Assembly (NCBI GenBank): GCA_002069765.1
Contig: MWBZ01000005.1
Span: 42,214-106,213, forward strand
Length of the DNA stretch: 64,000 nt
Origin: a bacterium ADurb.Bin243
GTDB lineage: Bacteria; Muiribacteriota; UBA9980
Direction: 5' to 3'
The notes below the pieces were generated by a model. The model was not told where the DNA came from. It did no database searches and was given only the letters and a program-made list of their open reading frames with translations. Both the position numbers and the translations under genes were made by a program. Positions 61,853 to 64,000 of the stretch are shown piece after piece. How positions within the stretch are numbered: the stretch's first letter is position 1; each line of letters opens with the position of its first letter.

Positions 61853-63259
61853 CTATTTTCCGATGCAAAACTTTTCGAATATTTTGTGAAGGATATCGTC
61901 GGTGACCGTTTCACCGACTATTTCGCCCAGGCTCGAAAGGACCGAGCGGATATCTATGGTCAGAAGATCGACGGGGCTCCCTGAATCTATAGTGGCGCAG
62001 GCGTCATCGAAGCTCGCCAGGGCGTTTTTTAAAGCCGCCGCATGGCGCGAGCTGGTTATGACGGCCCGGTCCGAGTGGCCGGTCCCTGCCGCCAGACCGC
62101 TTTTTTTGATAATCAGGTTTTTTAATTCTTCGATATTTTCGTTTTCTTTAACGGAAATTTCTATGGCATTTTCTGCGGGCGCGAGCGGAAGGCAGCTTTT
62201 GCTGAAATTAGCGCTTCGCTCGTCGATTTTATTGATTATAACGATGCGGGGAATGTTTTCCGTCTCTGCGAACAGCGCGATGTCTTCGTCTCCGACCGCG
62301 CGGCCCGCGTCTATGAGCAAAAGGCAGAGGTCGGCTTCGCGGATGTTTTCAAAAGTGCGCTCTATACCTAGCTTTTCTACTATATCCGACGACGCGCGCA
62401 CTCCGGCGGTATCGGCGAGCGTGAACGGCACGCCCGCGATATTTAGCGTTTCCTCGATTACGTCGCGGGTGGTGCCCGGAATTTCGGTTACTATGGCGCG
62501 GTTTTCTCGCAACAGCAGATTGAATAAAGAGGATTTGCCGACGTTCGGGCAGCCGGCTATGGTTATTTTTAAGCCGTCCTTCAATACGCGCCCGTATTCG
62601 TAGCTGGCAAGAAGGGCCGCCGACTTTCTGCGGCAGCGTATAAGAGTTTCGCGGACTGCGGCTATATTTACGGGCTCGATATCTTCCTCCGGAAAATCGA
62701 GGTTGGCTTCGATATCGGCAAGCGCCGCGACCAGCTCGTTTTTTACGGAGTTGATCTCGCGCGAAAGGGAGCCTTTTATCTGAGAAACCGCGATCTGATG
62801 AAAAACCGAAGTTTTAGAGTTTATGATGTCGCATACGGCTTCCGCCTGGCAGAGGTCTATCTTTCCGTTGACGCAGGCGCGTTTGGTGAATTCGCCGGCT
62901 TCCGCGGCCCGCGCGCCCCGCGCCAGCACGGCGCCGAGCACTCTGGATGTGTTGTAAGAACCGCCGTGGCAGAAAATTTCGGCCATATCCTCGCCGGTGT
63001 AAGAGAAAGGCGATTTGTAAAAGCAAACCATGGCTTCATCTATAAACTTCGAGCCGTCCGAAGGGTCTATGATAAAGCCATGGTGCATATATCGGGGTTT
63101 TATGGAGGCGCGGCCGCTAAAAAGCGGCGACGCGTCTTTATTCACCGTTATGGAGCTTATTATATCGGCGGATTTATCGCCGGTTATCCTGATTATTCCG
63201 ATCGCGGCGGAAGCGTTCAAGGGAGTCGCAGGCGCGGCTATCGTTTCGTCTAACAGCAT
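61853..63259 (-). CDS. mnmE: tRNA modification GTPase.
   Basis: G-domain GCPNVGKSSLFN...PGTTRD...DTAGVR; C-terminal ...FCIGK. Confidence 0.9.
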   Translation of the reverse strand: MLLDETIAAPATPLNASAAIGIIRITGDKSADIISSITVNKDASPLFSGRASIKPRYMHHGFIIDPSDGSKFIDEAMVCFYKSPFSYTGEDMAEIFCHGGSYNTSRVLGAVLARGARAAEAGEFTKRACVNGKIDLCQAEAVCDIINSKTSVFHQIAVSQIKGSLSREINSVKNELVAALADIEANLDFPEEDIEPVNIAAVRETLIRCRRKSAALLASYEYGRVLKDGLKITIAGCPNVGKSSLFNLLLRENRAIVTEIPGTTRDVIEETLNIAGVPFTLADTAGVRASSDIVEKLGIERTFENIREADLCLLLIDAGRAVGDEDIALFAETENIPRIVIINKIDERSANFSKSCLPLAPAENAIEISVKENENIEELKNLIIKKSGLAAGTGHSDRAVITSSRHAAALKNALASFDDACATIDSGSPVDLLTIDIRSVLSSLGEIVGETVTDDILHKIFEKFCIGK

Positions 63260-63277
63260 ATAAACCGCCCGCCGGTA

Positions 63278-64000
63278 TTAATTTTCCGTCGGCGCCGAAG
63301 GGGTTTTCAGCTGGGCCGAAGCGCTGTTTTCGGTAGCTTTCATGAGGTTTTCGACCGCGGTGTTGATAGCGGTGCGCGTGGGCGGGGCGTATTGCTTGCG
63401 GCCGCCGTTGGCGCCGCCGGCGTTATTGTCTTTGCCGTGGCCGTCGTGGTGCGAAGGCCTTCTTTTTCTGTTGCCGCCGCCCGAATTATTTGAGTGTCCT
63501 GACTTTTCAGAGCGGGCGCCGTCTTCGGAGGGTTTTCCCTGGCCGCCGCGCGATTTGTTTTTGGCCGATATAACCACTTTTCTGTAAGGCTCTTCGCCTT
63601 TAGAGTAAGTGTAAACGTCGGTGTTGTTTTTAAGCGTCGTATGGATGACTTTTCTTTCCTGTGAAGTCATGGGTTCGAGTTCCACGCTTTTATTGGTGTC
63701 TTTGACTTTTGCGGCGAGCTTGAGCGAAAGTTCCTCGAGGCTTTTTACGCGGGATTCGCGGTAACCCGAGGCGTCTATGCTGACGGCTATTTTATCGGAG
63801 CCTTCTTTGTTAACCATTACGTTTAAAAGATATTCGAGGGCGTTGAGCGTGGAACCGCGTTTGCCGATAACGTTTCCGACGTTTTCGCCGTCGATGGAAA
63901 GCGTCGCCTGGTTTTCGCCGGGCGTTTCGAGTTTTACGTTGCACGGAATATTCATGTATTTAAGGATATTTTCAAGAAGTTCGCCCGCGAGTTTTCTTTT
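63278..64000 (-). CDS. khpB: Jag/KhpB (EloR) RNA-binding protein with KH and R3H domains. Partial: the frame stays open beyond the window end, so the Jag_N domain continues upstream.
   Basis: VIGKRGSTLNALEYLL (KH); MTSQERKVIHTTL (R3H); in-frame KRKLAGELLENILKY precedes the listed Met. Confidence 0.8.
   Translation of the reverse strand, partial: KRKLAGELLENILKYMNIPCNVKLETPGENQATLSIDGENVGNVIGKRGSTLNALEYLLNVMVNKEGSDKIAVSIDASGYRESRVKSLEELSLKLAAKVKDTNKSVELEPMTSQERKVIHTTLKNNTDVYTYSKGEEPYRKVVISAKNKSRGGQGKPSEDGARSEKSGHSNNSGGGNRKRRPSHHDGHGKDNNAGGANGGRKQYAPPTRTAINTAVENLMKATENSASAQLKTPSAPTEN

Noticed and set aside
1-64000. CRISPR arrays, rRNA and tRNA genes.
   Set aside because: No regularly spaced direct repeats and no rRNA-like or tRNA-like conserved stretches (for example GTTCGAATC-type T-loop next to an acceptor stem) in any intergenic region. 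The intergenic space is largely accounted for by promoters and terminators.

Overview
This is a 64-kb, densely coding window (~50% GC) from a diderm bacterium, judging by the flagellar L-ring and P-ring genes flgH and flgI. I found no rRNA, tRNA or CRISPR array.

Contents, in order:

1. **1-5.35 kb, minus strand.** Part of a bacterial microcompartment (BMC) locus. It has two BMC-H shell genes and two BMC-P vertex genes. It also encodes an encapsulation-peptide-tagged multidomain deoxyribose-phosphate aldolase (DERA) and an RpiB with a C-terminal extension. At the window edge is a truncated gene for an aldehyde:ferredoxin oxidoreductase (AOR-family) protein with an N-terminal DeoC-like domain. 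The locus runs off the window start.
2. **5.5-14.8 kb.**
   - an orphan hypothetical gene;
   - an isochorismatase-like hydrolase;
   - a secreted PNP/UDP-fold protein;
   - a CHASE2-GAF-GGDEF diguanylate cyclase;
   - a TAXI-type substrate-binding protein;
   - a large secreted S8 protease.
3. **14.8-19.7 kb.** pstS-pstC-pstA-pstB-pstB-phoU.
4. **19.7-26.1 kb, minus strand.** A ybhGFSR-like exporter (HlyD, two ABC ATPases, two ABC-2 permeases) with a TetR regulator and a palindromic operator.
5. **26.6-31.5 kb.** A periplasmic-binding-protein gene, a hybrid histidine kinase, and a REC-PAS-HisKA_2 kinase with an odd overlapping junction.
6. **31.7-33.2 kb.** A secreted Cys-rich/Lys-rich/PKAEEA-repeat protein and a DUF2461-like protein.
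7. **33.2-39.1 kb, minus strand.** An ABC exporter operon headed by a 1070-aa hybrid sensor kinase.
8. **39.2-43.5 kb.** flgA-flgH-flgI and a GT4 glycosyltransferase.
9. **43.6-57.9 kb, minus strand.** A 14-kb block that I consider the most unusual part of the window.
   - It contains two diverged tandem copies of a three-gene module. Each module encodes a giant ~900-aa PilX/GspK-like protein, a type-IV-pilin-like protein and a GspJ-like pseudopilin.
   - Between the copies sit an ECF sigma factor and a FecR-domain protein. A zf-HC2/FecR anti-sigma factor and a secreted thioredoxin-fold + HExxH protein with a long low-complexity linker lie downstream. A secreted Ala/Lys-rich repeat protein lies upstream.
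10. **58.2-64 kb.** A DegT-family aminotransferase; a hexapeptide acyltransferase + acetate kinase pair bracketed by two ~140-bp MITE-like inverted-repeat elements; and mnmE and a partial jag/khpB.

All calls rest on reading the translated ORFs and the nucleotide sequence by eye. I ran no searches.
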